NCBI GenBank assembly: GCA_963762565.1 | Contig: CAVXLD010000013.1 | Coordinates: forward strand, 104,721 to 168,720 | Direction: 5' to 3' | Length of the DNA: 64,000 nucleotides | From: an uncultured Verrucomicrobiae bacterium | GTDB taxonomy: Bacteria; Verrucomicrobiota; Verrucomicrobiia; Chthoniobacterales; JAFAMB01 | Shown here: one piece after another, positions 28,095 through 38,766 of the stretch | How the letters are laid out: each line of letters begins with the position of its first letter | How positions within the stretch are numbered: position 1 is the first letter of the stretch | Made by a program: the position numbers and the translations under genes | The notes under the pieces: generated by a model | What the model was told of the DNA's origin: nothing | Databases searched by the model: none | Seen by the model: the letters and a program-made list of their open reading frames with translations, nothing else

Positions 28095-31000
28095 ATGCCA
28101 AGTTGTTTGGTACTAAAAATGTTTGTGCAATTCTCAGACCCTTCTTTGGTGAGTTTCTTTTCACCTAAGCATTGGCTGTCTGGCGTTGGCCTGTTGTTGA
28201 TTGGGGCAACGACTTTGTACGGCCAAGATTCCTGGCAAGGACCGGTGGGCGCAAGTGGTGATTGGTTCACAGGCACCAATTGGACAAGTGGTGTCCCCAT
28301 GACTGGGGTTGATGCCACGGTCAACAACGGGGGAACAGCGCAGATCCCGCGAGGAACGGCAACGGTGGGTACTCTCACAATTGGGGATTCGGTTGCCGGT
28401 AGCACCGTTCAATTGATTGGTGGCGACCTCAACGCCACCACCGTAACAGTTGGACCGCAAGGGACGTTTGAATTCAGCGGCGGTTTACTAAGCGTGTCTT
28501 CAAGTTTCGTGGATGACGGCGGAACCGTCTTATTTAATACGGCGCCCGTCCAGCACCTTTCTGGTCTTTCCGGCTTTGGCCAGCTAATTATTGATGGGAT
28601 CGCCTTAACCCTAAATGGGGACAACACGTTTACTGGCGAAACAATCATCAGCCAAGGAGGATCGCTCCAGATTGGTACCGGTGGAACAATCGGGAGTATT
28701 TCGGGAAACATCGACAACAGCGGAACGGTGATTTTTGATCGCAGCGACGTGCTAACGTTTGCCGGGGTCATCAGCGGCACGGGGAATGTCACTCAGATCG
28801 GGACCGGGACGACAGTCCTGACCGGCAACGATACCTACACCGGAGGCACGACCATCAGCGCTGGCACACTTCAGCTTGGCAATGGTGGAACCACAGGAAG
28901 CATAACCGGGAATGTTATCGACAATGGAACTCTGGCTTTTGACCGGAGCAACACGTTGACGTTGGCGGGGAGCATCACAGGTACCGGCGACGTCGTCCAA
29001 GCCGGGACCGGGACAACCGTCCTGACCGGCAGCAACACCTACACCGGAGGCACGACGATCAGCGCTGGCACATTGCAAATTGGTGATGGCGGGACGACGG
29101 GAAACATCGCCGGAAATGTCACCGATAATGGCGTCCTGGTCTTCGATAGAAGCGACTCTGTCACTTTTGCCGGGTTGATCAGTGGTAAGGGCAGGGTTGA
29201 ACAAATTGGGACCGGGACGACGGTTCTGATCGCAGACAACACCTATAGCGGCGGAACAACCATCAGCGCGGGTACACTCCAGCTGGGCAATGGTGGAACC
29301 AGCGGCAGCATCACCGGCAATGTCGTCGATGATGGGGCATTAGCCTTTGACCGCAGCGACGTCGTTACTTTTGGCGGGCTGATCAGCGGCACCGGCGGCG
29401 TCCAACAAATTGGGACAGGAACGACCGTTCTGACCGCAGACAACACCTACACTGGCGAAACCATCATCAGCGCCGGCACACTTCAGCTAGGCAACGGTGG
29501 AACCGCCGGCGGTATCGTCGGCAATGTTATCAATAACGGAATCTTACTCTTTGATCGCAGCAACGCTTTCACCTTCTCGGGGACAATCAGCGGCAGGGGC
29601 AGGGTTGAACAAATTGGGACCGGGATGACGGTTCTGATCGCAGACAACACCTACAGCGGCGGAACGACCATCAATGCGGGAACACTTCAACTGGGCAACG
29701 GTGGAACGACCGGCAGCATCGTTGGGAATGTCACCGATAACGGAACATTAGCCTTTGATCGCAGCGATAGTTCAACTTTCAGCGGATTGATCAGTGGTAC
29801 GGGAGGCGTCGAACAAATTGGGACTGGCTCAACCGTTCTGACCGCGGCAAACACCTATACTGGGCAGACGACGGTGGACGACGGAAGCTTGATTGTCGAT
29901 GGGTCAATCGCGAGTCCGGAGACGGTGGTCAATCCGGGCGGCACACTGGCGGGAACAGGTTTAATTGGGGGCAACCTAGTCAACAACGGAATCGTTAGCC
30001 CAGGCAACCCTATCGGGACCTTGACGATTTCCGGTAACTACGTCCAGAACTCGAGTGGAACATTACGCATCGGAGTTAGTGGCACTGCCCCTGGCCAGTT
30101 TGGCGTATTAGCAGTCAACGGCCATGCCACCCTTGGCGGGACCCTTCAACTCGTTCCCGTCAACGGGTTTCTACTGGCCGTTGGAAACAAGCTCACTTTC
30201 CTAACTGCAGTCGGTGGTGTGAGTGGGACATTCAGCTCGATTCAAAACCCATTCATGAGCAATACCGCCGTCGCAGCGGAATTCATCGTGCTACCGGACG
30301 CGGTCGTGGTCGAAGGGACGCAAGGCTCGTTTGTGTCGATACTGCAGTCGTTGGGACCTACCGTCACACCGAACGACTTGGCCGTCGCAAAAGCACTCGA
30401 CAGCGCGAGGGGTGACCCCAGGGAAGCGGCGCTGTTTGCGTTCCTTAACAGCCAGCCTATCGCTAACCTGCCTCATGACCTTAGCTTGATCGCGCCGACT
30501 CAGATCAGTTCAATAAACGCCGCCGTCTCAGTGGGAAAGGTCCAGACCTCCAACATTGGACAGCGCATGGCCAACATCCATGCGGGCAGTACCGGCTTCA
30601 GCTCTTCTGGATTCACGTTAAACGGCGACGCTCCAGCTTTTGGCAACGGTTTAGCAGGGGAGACAGGGGCTGAGGGCAAGAGTGGGCCATCGGTCCTGGC
30701 CCCGATCCCAGAAAATCGTTGGGGCTTTTTTGTGACCGGACTCGGCGAGTTCACCAACGTTGACAGTACTCCGAACGCAAACGGATATGACGTTAATACT
30801 GGCGGTATTACCCTTGGCGTAGACTACCGCGTGACTCCCTACTTCGCCGTGGGGTTGTTAGGAGGTTATGCTCATAACAACGTCAGTCTGGTTGGCGGGG
30901 GTAATATTGACGTGAATGGCGGGACATTCGGCGCCTACGCTACACTTTTTGGTAATGGCTTTTACTTGGATGCTGCGATCACCGGTGGGCCCAGCGGATA

Positions 31001-31532
31001 CGACACGCACCGGACAGCGCTTCAGGGGAGCGCCAGCGGCAGCACTGAGGGCGCAGACCTCAATGTGGTAGTGTCGGCAGGCTACGATTGGAAATATGGG
31101 AACCTCAGCATCGGTCCGACGGCGAGCTTCGAATTTGGCTATGTCGATCTCGATGCCTTTAGCGAGACCGGTTCACTGGCTCCGCTGAAGTTCCCGGATC
31201 AGAATACCGAATCGGAGACTACGGCTTTTGGCGCCAAAGCCATGTACGAATGGAAGATAGGTAAGGTGACCCTAATCCCTCAAGTCAGCGCGGCCTGGCA
31301 ACACGAGTACGGATCCGTGGCATACCAAGTCATTGCAGGTTTCGCCAGCGGTGCAGGTACAAACTTTACAGTTAATGGGCCTGAGATCGGCCGCGATAGC
31401 CTGTTAATCGGGGCTGGTGTCTCGATGATCTGGAGCGACCGCTTTTCCACCTATGTTTTCTATGATGGCGATGTCGCCCGCACCAATTACGATTCTCACA
31501 CCGTCACCGGCGGCGTCCGGATAACTTTTTGA
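28095..31532 (+). CDS. Autotransporter with passenger-associated transport repeats and C-terminal beta-barrel
   Basis: About 6 repeats of ~66 aa (NTYTGGTTISAGTLQLGNGG...FDRSD); barrel ending GVRITF; start uncertain. Confidence 0.93.
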   Translation: MPSCLVLKMFVQFSDPSLVSFFSPKHWLSGVGLLLIGATTLYGQDSWQGPVGASGDWFTGTNWTSGVPMTGVDATVNNGGTAQIPRGTATVGTLTIGDSVAGSTVQLIGGDLNATTVTVGPQGTFEFSGGLLSVSSSFVDDGGTVLFNTAPVQHLSGLSGFGQLIIDGIALTLNGDNTFTGETIISQGGSLQIGTGGTIGSISGNIDNSGTVIFDRSDVLTFAGVISGTGNVTQIGTGTTVLTGNDTYTGGTTISAGTLQLGNGGTTGSITGNVIDNGTLAFDRSNTLTLAGSITGTGDVVQAGTGTTVLTGSNTYTGGTTISAGTLQIGDGGTTGNIAGNVTDNGVLVFDRSDSVTFAGLISGKGRVEQIGTGTTVLIADNTYSGGTTISAGTLQLGNGGTSGSITGNVVDDGALAFDRSDVVTFGGLISGTGGVQQIGTGTTVLTADNTYTGETIISAGTLQLGNGGTAGGIVGNVINNGILLFDRSNAFTFSGTISGRGRVEQIGTGMTVLIADNTYSGGTTINAGTLQLGNGGTTGSIVGNVTDNGTLAFDRSDSSTFSGLISGTGGVEQIGTGSTVLTAANTYTGQTTVDDGSLIVDGSIASPETVVNPGGTLAGTGLIGGNLVNNGIVSPGNPIGTLTISGNYVQNSSGTLRIGVSGTAPGQFGVLAVNGHATLGGTLQLVPVNGFLLAVGNKLTFLTAVGGVSGTFSSIQNPFMSNTAVAAEFIVLPDAVVVEGTQGSFVSILQSLGPTVTPNDLAVAKALDSARGDPREAALFAFLNSQPIANLPHDLSLIAPTQISSINAAVSVGKVQTSNIGQRMANIHAGSTGFSSSGFTLNGDAPAFGNGLAGETGAEGKSGPSVLAPIPENRWGFFVTGLGEFTNVDSTPNANGYDVNTGGITLGVDYRVTPYFAVGLLGGYAHNNVSLVGGGNIDVNGGTFGAYATLFGNGFYLDAAITGGPSGYDTHRTALQGSASGSTEGADLNVVVSAGYDWKYGNLSIGPTASFEFGYVDLDAFSETGSLAPLKFPDQNTESETTAFGAKAMYEWKIGKVTLIPQVSAAWQHEYGSVAYQVIAGFASGAGTNFTVNGPEIGRDSLLIGAGVSMIWSDRFSTYVFYDGDVARTNYDSHTVTGGVRITF

Positions 31533-31589
31533 AAGTGCTTGGGGTAATCCGCTAGCTTGTTCGCCAGCGCCCGCTAAGATTCGGCTGCT

Positions 31590-32165
31590 TTGAAAAACCC
31601 GCCAGAATCTGTAAAACGCTGGAAGAGAAAGAGCCGTAAAGAATTGGTCAAAGATCGATGGATCTCACTTTATGCGGATACGTGCGAGCTCCCGGGTGGT
31701 CACCTTGTCGAACCATTTTACGTTCTAGAGGAAAAAGAATGGGTTCATGTCGTGGCCATCGATGTCGATGGGGCAATACTGCTGACTCGGCTTTATCGTT
31801 ACCCCGCGGATTGGCTTGGTTGGGAGCTGCCGTGTGGCGGCGTCGATCTCGGTGAGGAGCCGCTAGCGGCGGCCAAGCGAGAACTGAAAGAAGAAACAGG
31901 ATTCATTGCAGCCGAGTGGCAACAGGTCGGAGGCGCCTTATATGCTAATCCAGCCCGGCAAACCAACCAGATCTATTGCTTCATCGCCCGAGACCTGACC
32001 AAAGCAGGACCGCAGTCGTTGGATGTCACCGAGGATATCGAGTACGAGTTCGTCTCCCCGAGCGAGGTCATGAACCGAATTGCCACGGGCGATTTCTGTC
32101 ACGCTCTCCATGTTGCCTGCTATTTGCTCGCAGCGGATGCGATGGGAAGAGGACGAGCGGAGTAG
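31590..32165 (+). CDS. NUDIX hydrolase (ADP-ribose pyrophosphatase-like)
   Basis: Nudix box GGVDLGEEPLAAAKRELKEETG. Confidence 0.9.
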   Translation: MKNPPESVKRWKRKSRKELVKDRWISLYADTCELPGGHLVEPFYVLEEKEWVHVVAIDVDGAILLTRLYRYPADWLGWELPCGGVDLGEEPLAAAKRELKEETGFIAAEWQQVGGALYANPARQTNQIYCFIARDLTKAGPQSLDVTEDIEYEFVSPSEVMNRIATGDFCHALHVACYLLAADAMGRGRAE

Positions 32166-32178
32166 TGGAGCCGAACGC

Positions 32179-32389
32179 TGGAGGGGAGCCGCTTTATAGC
32201 GCGGCAAGTCTATCGGTCAGTTGCAGGCGGCTCCCGGAAGCGACCCAGCGTAGCGCCTTTATCGGGAGCTTGGTTAGTTTAACTTTCGTTCGGCGCAGGC
32301 CGATAAAACTGCGGACCGCTCGACCATTCTCGGGAGCCGCCTGCTGCGAACACTGATAGAGCTGCCAGGTTACAAAGCGGCTCCCCTCC
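32179..32389. repeat. REPIN cluster, GGAGGGGAGCCGC family
   Basis: Same end sequences as 27240-27449; lies between convergent genes. Confidence 0.8.
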
Positions 32390-32422
32390 GGGGCTTGGGG
32401 CTCCGCGAGGACAATACCCCCT

Positions 32423-32797
32423 CTAGAGCAGCGTCCTTCCCTCCATCGACCGTATGAGCCGGTCTAGAGCGGCCTCGTAGTCTCGTCTCCAGCGATTCGC
32501 ACGGACGGTATCCGAGGCGACCAGCAAGGAACTGATAACTAACCAGATCAGATCGAGCAAAATTCCGGTTTGAGGCACCAGCAGCAAGGCTACGCCGACG
32601 CCAACAACGAAGCAGTAACCAAAGACTCCTTCTCCTAACACTAGTTTCGGTCTCCGCCGCCACATCCATTCGGCCCGGGTACGTTCAGTCGGATCGACCT
32701 CGGGAGAACCCAGTAGTTCCTGTAAACGTGCGGGAGCGATCTCGGGGAACCGCCAATCATTTTCCCTATTAAAATCCCTCCAGAACTTGGTCCACAT
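32423..32797 (-). CDS. Hypothetical two-TM membrane protein
   Basis: 124 aa with two hydrophobic helices. Confidence 0.55.
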   Translation of the reverse strand: MWTKFWRDFNRENDWRFPEIAPARLQELLGSPEVDPTERTRAEWMWRRRPKLVLGEGVFGYCFVVGVGVALLLVPQTGILLDLIWLVISSLLVASDTVRANRWRRDYEAALDRLIRSMEGRTLL

Positions 32798-33039
32798 AAT
32801 GACTCGCTGATCTGTTCAATAGTTTACGCTGCTGACGGTTTTTTTGAAAGCTTTCTCCCGCCCATAACGCTTCCGTCGCAACGGACGCCGGTGGGCCATT
32901 TTTTCGACTCATTCATGAGGGCGGTAGGACGTGCCCTTTCATCCTTGTCGAGCGACACCCTTGTCTCCTTCGTGCCCTGATACACGTCCTCCGCCCCCCT
33001 ACCCCCCAATTCAAAAAATCATGCTGCCGATTCACGAGA

Positions 33040-34434
33040 TCAGTTCCTGGTAGAAACGGCTGAGAACAGCGGAATGAGCCCTTCTAACATCGTGGGATGC
33101 GTAAATATAGCGTCCCGTAAGACGGTGTAAGGAAGACCCGCCAACATCGCGACTTGAACCGTAGCGATAATCTCTCCGGCCTCGATTCCCAAGGCGGTGA
33201 AACCAAGAATGCGATCGCTCTCGCTATCAATCAGGGCTTTTAAGAATCCGCGCGTCTCCGACACCGTGCGAGTTCGCAGAATTGCGATCATGGGTACTTT
33301 GGTCAGCCGGTAGGCGATCCCGCGTTCCTTCGCTTCGAATTCGTTAAGACCGATGCGAGCGAGCTCGGGATCAGTGAACATGCAAAATGGTACCTGCCGT
33401 CCAGTGGTGACTTTGTGCCCGCCGGCCAGGTTATCGGTTACGACGCGATGGTCATCAAAAGCGATATGGGTAAAATGCGGGCTGCCAGCACAATCTCCGA
33501 CTGCCCACACTCCCGCAGCAGTGGTTTGTAAGCGTTCGTTCACCTTCACATGGCCGCTCTTGGTGGTCTCAACTCCGGCCAACTCCAGACCGATGTTCTG
33601 AGTATTAGGAGTTCGTCCGCTTGCTACGAGAATATGGGTCCCTTCCAATTCGATCTTCTCACCGTTTCGCACGGCGTGAAGTTTCACCTGGTCACCGGAT
33701 TTTCCTTCAACCTGGGTAATCGTGGCGCTGGTCACGATGTCGATACCCTCCTCGCGAAAGATGTCGCTCAGCATCTCGGTCACGTCTTCGTCTTCCCGAT
33801 GAGCTAGACGGCCGTTTCTTTCAATGATGGTAACGTTGCTGCCGAACCGGCGCATGGCCTGGGCTAGTTCGAGACCGATGTAACCACCGCCAATAATCAA
33901 GAGGTGTTCAGGCAGTTGATTCAGATCAAGGGTTTCGATATGAGTCAATGGGCTCGACTCCTGGAGTCCGGGGATAGGTTCGATCGTCGCCCGCGACCCC
34001 GTGCTGATAACCACGTTTTCAGCGCTCAAGCTGCGGGTCCCACCCTCTGGAAGCGTAACCTCGATCGTTCTAGGTCCGGTAAAACGTCCCGATCCAATCA
34101 ACAGTTCTGCGCCGCTCGCTTTGAAATTAGCCAGATGCATGTCAACCAGGCCGTGAACCATCTTGCGCTTGCGATCGCGCACGCCGGTCATGTCGATGCG
34201 CCAGTTGTCCTTGGTGATACCGTATTCTTCGCTTCTGCTGAAGTACGAGGCGATCTTTGCGCTGTGGATGATGTTCTTGCTCGGAAGACAGGCGATGTTC
34301 GGGCAGGAACCGCCAATATACTTTCGTTCAACTACAACCGCTCTCTTCCCTTTTTTAGCCTGGGTCCAGGCAATGTATTTGCCTGCTTCGCCGCTACCTA
34401 ACACAACGACGTCATATTGTTCTGCGGTTGGCAT
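33040..34434 (-). CDS. Pyridine nucleotide-disulfide oxidoreductase (mercuric reductase/RclA-like)
   Basis: GSGEAG, GGSCPNIACLPSK, GGGYIG and HPT motifs; lacks the MerA C-terminal CC pair; ATG at 34434. Confidence 0.9.
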   Translation of the reverse strand: MPTAEQYDVVVLGSGEAGKYIAWTQAKKGKRAVVVERKYIGGSCPNIACLPSKNIIHSAKIASYFSRSEEYGITKDNWRIDMTGVRDRKRKMVHGLVDMHLANFKASGAELLIGSGRFTGPRTIEVTLPEGGTRSLSAENVVISTGSRATIEPIPGLQESSPLTHIETLDLNQLPEHLLIIGGGYIGLELAQAMRRFGSNVTIIERNGRLAHREDEDVTEMLSDIFREEGIDIVTSATITQVEGKSGDQVKLHAVRNGEKIELEGTHILVASGRTPNTQNIGLELAGVETTKSGHVKVNERLQTTAAGVWAVGDCAGSPHFTHIAFDDHRVVTDNLAGGHKVTTGRQVPFCMFTDPELARIGLNEFEAKERGIAYRLTKVPMIAILRTRTVSETRGFLKALIDSESDRILGFTALGIEAGEIIATVQVAMLAGLPYTVLRDAIFTHPTMLEGLIPLFSAVSTRN

Positions 34435-34510
34435 AACGGTGGTTCTAGGTCTTAAGTTGTAAGTTTTAAGCTGGGGGAGTGGAGCGGAGGATAACCTGTG
34501 AAACAGGATG

Positions 34511-34729
34511 TTACAGGTTGCTGATGATGGTTTGGATCTCTCCGTCGCTGATATGTCCGAACACGGAACGATGCCAGGTGAGCTCGGCTTCCAATTCGGC
34601 AATGCGCGTCCTTAGCGCTTCTGTGCGCCTGGCTACGTCGGCGGCGGTGAACCGGGGAATCAAGTCGTGGAACGCACTCCAATTTGCTTCGTCAGGTGCA
34701 GGCAGGATCTGTGGGTATTTTTCGGTCAT
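34511..34729 (-). CDS. Small hypothetical coiled-coil protein
   Basis: 72 aa ORF containing EALRTRIAELEAEL. Confidence 0.45.
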   Translation of the reverse strand: MTEKYPQILPAPDEANWSAFHDLIPRFTAADVARRTEALRTRIAELEAELTWHRSVFGHISDGEIQTIISNL

Positions 34730-34784
34730 TGGTGGGGGTTCCTGTTTTATGTCTCTTTCAATGATCCTGATGCCTGAATCGGCG

Positions 34785-34967
34785 TCACTTGCGTTTTAAC
34801 GAATCGATAAAGAGAAGCGCCCGGCCCTGTAATGCCAGCATCTGCATTTCGTGTTGCGTCGGCCGGTACTCGAAAGCTTCCTGGTCAAGCCAGTAGTCGC
34901 CAATGTCGGCTTGTGTGTTCAGAAACTCGTCCCATTCTTCGCTCGATCTATCGTCGGTTTCGTACAT
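34785..34967 (-). CDS. Small acidic hypothetical protein
   Basis: 60 aa; GGAG upstream of ATG. Confidence 0.45.
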   Translation of the reverse strand: MYETDDRSSEEWDEFLNTQADIGDYWLDQEAFEYRPTQHEMQMLALQGRALLFIDSLKRK

Positions 34968-35397
34968 CTGACGGCTCCAATAGTTGTGTCGCCAGTAGCC
35001 AGATCAGGTTGCGTGCCAATCGTTGTACCTCGTTGTATGTTACTGATAATAAGGTGCTTGTGACTTCCGCTACCCAGGATAATCGGGGTACGAGAATTCA
35101 GACCTTACGCTTTTCCGTTGGTCGCTCTCGTCCCGAAGGGCGCTTCGTTCTCGTCGTCGTCCTCGTCCTCGGTTTGGTAGGGCGAGGCTCCCGAATTGTC
35201 CAAGCGTTCGAACGAAGCGCTCGGTGACGCCCGCCTCTATCGCGCTGTTACGCCTAGAATCGCGCCGAGCCGTGGCCCATCGTGGGCCACGGCCGCCTCT
35301 GTCGGCCTTGGTCATTTCGTCTCCCGGCGTTCGCACGGTGCACTGTTGGTCAACCGTCGCGCTCTTCGGGAGCCTCGCCCTACCAATGTCGACGCAA

Positions 35398-35511
35398 GTG
35401 GTTGCTCGAATCCGAGCCTTCTCTCAGAAGACGCGTGCTGATAAAAAATTCTTGGATATCAACGAGGCGATTGAAGAGATAGCTGTTCTAACTGGCGCAG
35501 AATTGCGGAGA
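35398..35511 (+). pseudogene. Histidine kinase fragment
   Basis: VVARIRAFSQKTRADKKFLDINEAIEEIAVLT resembles VISRMRALFKKAPMTKERFDINEAIEEVVAMT in the 61494-63047 kinase; sits next to a REP. Confidence 0.65.
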
Positions 35512-36026
35512 CCCTGCGAGACTCCGGAATCGGCAGCGGCGCACCCGAAGCCTTCGATTTTGCCCGACCGACCGCTGCGATCGCGACGTAGGCCTTGCGG
35601 AGTCGGGCTACGATCACTCGGTCCCTACGGGACAGAAGCTGTCACCTCCTGTCCGCAAAATCGACTCCAACCCCATGTTATGGGGCACTCACTTGGCGTC
35701 CTCACACGTTGCATTGCGAACAAGACCTTGTTCGGATCAGACCGTGCCTCACGGGCTACCGTCATTTAGTCCCCGCCCGCCACGCTTCGCGTAGCGATGC
35801 AGGCCGGGCCAACGGGACAAGATCCTCCCACCGGCCCAGGGACGATTGTTCGTACGTTCAGGAATTCGTCCGGGTCAAAATCCGATTAAACATGTTATAA
35901 CTTGCTCGGAGTAAACAGATTACACAGTGCTTGCGCCTTGGCCCGAGAATTGTTATGCCTCGTATGGAATAGGAAGTATTCGGCGCCAGTCTTACCAGAA
36001 ACATACTGCGATTAGCAGAAACAACT

Positions 36027-36566
36027 ATGAATCGAATTCAACACGTGCATTCAATCAGACTTAGTTTTGCCGTTTTCGCCTTGTGGGCATTTGTAGCAAC
36101 CAGCAGCAACGCAAGCAATGTAGCGCCCGAGAACAAAGATCTGACTCGGCCAAGTGTACAGGTCTGGCTGACGAAAGGTCAGCACAAATTAAACTTGGAT
36201 AGCAAAGGCGTTATTCTAAAGGGATACGATCCGGTCGCTTATCTCATGCTAAGAAAGGCGGTAAAAGGAAATCCCAAGTTCCAGACTACTTACGAAGGAG
36301 CGATCTATTATTTCAGTTCCGCGACAAATCTAGCTACCTTCACGAAGAACCCTACAAAATTCGTCCCTCAATACGGCGGATTTTGCGCAAATGGAATGGC
36401 GAATAAGAAAGCCGCTGATATCGACCCGAACGTTTTCTTTGTTGTAAAAGGAAAACTGTACGTCTGCACTTCACCGGCAGCAGAGAAAGAGTTCCAATCC
36501 AATCTGCAGGAGAACATCAAGAAAGCGGATCAAAATTGGGGCGACCAGTACGAATGGTTTTATTAA
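36027..36566 (+). CDS. Secreted YHS-domain protein with C-terminal YEWFY tail
   Basis: Signal peptide; GYDPVAY, PQYGGFCANG and KADQNW motifs. Confidence 0.85.
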   Translation: MNRIQHVHSIRLSFAVFALWAFVATSSNASNVAPENKDLTRPSVQVWLTKGQHKLNLDSKGVILKGYDPVAYLMLRKAVKGNPKFQTTYEGAIYYFSSATNLATFTKNPTKFVPQYGGFCANGMANKKAADIDPNVFFVVKGKLYVCTSPAAEKEFQSNLQENIKKADQNWGDQYEWFY

Positions 36567-36934
36567 AAGCGGCGTAGCGGCATAGCTGCTAATCGTCGTC
36601 GAGCACGAGCGGGTTCGGCCGTTTGGACGGCCCGCTCGCTGCCTGAGAAAGTAATCAGTAACCACTTATCAGTTTTAGGAGGTAGGGGCTATAAGGCGCG
36701 AGGCGGTCTTGGTCAATATTGGAGGGTCGCGTTTCTGGGGCCGCGGGGCGAGGGTGCTGGACTCATTAAAATCTATAATGCACCATTTACTGGAGCGTCC
36801 GCTCCTAGATTCTGGCTCCTAGCTCCTCGACTGATTACTGACCCACTGATTACTGAACACTTTTTAGGCCCGCCCAGAGCGTCCTCGCGAAATCTGGCGC
36901 AGAATGTGCGAACGTCCCAAGGAAGGAACCGAAA

Positions 36935-38662
36935 ATGACTCAAAAGACGGTCGCAGAGATTTTTATCGAAACACTCATTGCTGCTGGCGTGACCCGGATT
37001 TACGGAGTCGTAGGCGACTCACTGAATGGGATTCTGGAAGAGGTTCGACGCAATAAACAAATTGAGTGGATCGGAGTACGGCACGAAGAAACCGCGGCAT
37101 TCGCAGCAGGCGCTCAAGCCCATTTGACCGGAGAGCTGGCCGTTTGCGCCGGCAGTTGTGGTCCAGGCAACATGCACTTGATCAATGGGCTTTATGATTG
37201 CCACCGAAGCCGCGTACCCGTCTTAGCTTTGGCGGCTCAAATTCCGAGCCAGGAGATCGGAAGCAATTATTTTCAGGAAACACATCCGGACCAGCTTTTC
37301 CGCGATTGTAGTGACTACTGTGAGTTGATTTCCCAGACCACCCAGATTCCGCGAGTGCTAGAGATCGCGATTCAAACCGCGTTAACCAAGAAGGGTGTAA
37401 CCGTTGTCGCGATACCCGGAGATATCGCACTCAAGCCGGCAGCGTATCGCAAACCGAGCGCGACCGTAAAGCCGTGTCACCCGGTAGTGAGCCCTTCGGA
37501 CGAAGAGATCAATAGCTTAGCGACGCTGCTTAATCAGGGTAAAGCGGTTACTATTCTTGGTGGGGCTGGATGCGCAGGAGCGCACGCCGAGCTGATGCAG
37601 CTAGCCGGCAAACTAAAATCGCCCATGGTTTCTGCGCTAAGAGGGAGGGAACACATCCAATACGATAATCCGTATGACGTGGGTCTAACCGGGCTAATCG
37701 GTTTCTCTTCCGGTTACCACGCCATGATGGAGGCCGACACGGTGTTAATGCTGGGTACCGACTTTCCCTACACTCAGTTCTACCCAGAGAAAGCCACGGT
37801 TATCCAGGTCGATCTCCGGGGCGAGAACCTGGGTCGTCGCACGCGATTGGACCTCGGGGTCGTCGGGGACGTGAAAGCGACGCTGCGTGGACTATTGCCG
37901 CTGGTCACCCAGAAGGAGGATAACGCGCATTTAAAACGGTTCGTCAGCCACTATGAAGATGTACGTAAGGGATTAGATGAACTGGCGGTGGGGCACCCGG
38001 GTCGCAAGCCGATGCATCCGCAATTTGTCGCGAAAGTGGTGGATGAATTGGCAGCTGAAGACGCAATTTTTTCCTGTGATGTCGGCACACCGACGGTCTG
38101 GGCCGCCCGTTACCTCACCATGAATGGCAAGCGGCGCCTATTAGGTTCGTTTAATCACGGATCGATGGCGAACGCGATGCCTCAAGCCATTGGCGCGCAG
38201 CTTGCCTTCCCGGATCGTCAAGTTGTCACCTTTTCCGGTGACGGTGGGCTATCCATGATGCTAGGCGATCTATTGTCGCTCCATCAGCACAAGCTACCGG
38301 TTAAGATAGTCGTTTTCAGCAACAGCGCGCTGGCGTTTGTCGAATTGGAAATGCTGGCAGCCGGCATTCTAGGTGAGGGGACTGAGTTGGTGAACCCTGA
38401 TTTCGTCGGGTTAGCCCGTTCCGCAGGGATGTTTGGTGTTAAGGTGGAAGACCCGGGCGATTTGAAGCAGGCAGTAACGGAGGCGTTCCGTCACGACGGA
38501 CCGGCGCTGGTCGAAGCAGTGGTTAATCGTTCGGAGCTTTCCATGCCGCCGACGATCAAGCTCAATCAGGCTGTCGGGTTCAATTTGTGGGCGCTGAAAG
38601 CCGTCCTCAATGGCCGCGGCGATGAGGTCATCGACCTGGCGGTCAGTAATTTAGTTCGGTAG
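36935..38662 (+). CDS. poxB: Pyruvate dehydrogenase (quinone) / pyruvate oxidase
   Basis: GDSLNG, RHEE, GSCGPGN, GSFNHGSMANA and GDGG TPP motif. Confidence 0.95.
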   Translation: MTQKTVAEIFIETLIAAGVTRIYGVVGDSLNGILEEVRRNKQIEWIGVRHEETAAFAAGAQAHLTGELAVCAGSCGPGNMHLINGLYDCHRSRVPVLALAAQIPSQEIGSNYFQETHPDQLFRDCSDYCELISQTTQIPRVLEIAIQTALTKKGVTVVAIPGDIALKPAAYRKPSATVKPCHPVVSPSDEEINSLATLLNQGKAVTILGGAGCAGAHAELMQLAGKLKSPMVSALRGREHIQYDNPYDVGLTGLIGFSSGYHAMMEADTVLMLGTDFPYTQFYPEKATVIQVDLRGENLGRRTRLDLGVVGDVKATLRGLLPLVTQKEDNAHLKRFVSHYEDVRKGLDELAVGHPGRKPMHPQFVAKVVDELAAEDAIFSCDVGTPTVWAARYLTMNGKRRLLGSFNHGSMANAMPQAIGAQLAFPDRQVVTFSGDGGLSMMLGDLLSLHQHKLPVKIVVFSNSALAFVELEMLAAGILGEGTELVNPDFVGLARSAGMFGVKVEDPGDLKQAVTEAFRHDGPALVEAVVNRSELSMPPTIKLNQAVGFNLWALKAVLNGRGDEVIDLAVSNLVR

Positions 38663-38766
38663 GATCCAGGAGATCACCAATCGTGATAGGCCATCGGCGC
38701 ATTTGATTACACACGGACTGGTCCTGCTGGCAGTTAGAGCGTGGGCTACGCAATGGTAGCCGAAAA

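Noticed and set aside
28615..29880. Novel long tandem repeat
   Set aside because: Explained by ordinary passenger repeats of the autotransporter
32865..32935. Integron attC site
   Set aside because: CATAAC... start resembles attC, but there is no matching GTTRRRY end, no array and no integrase
33040..34434. merA mercury resistance locus
   Set aside because: No C-terminal Cys-Cys pair and no merR/T/P neighbours
36027..36566. Selenoprotein (YHS seleno-family)
   Set aside because: The GGFC position is a normal Cys codon and there is no in-frame TGA
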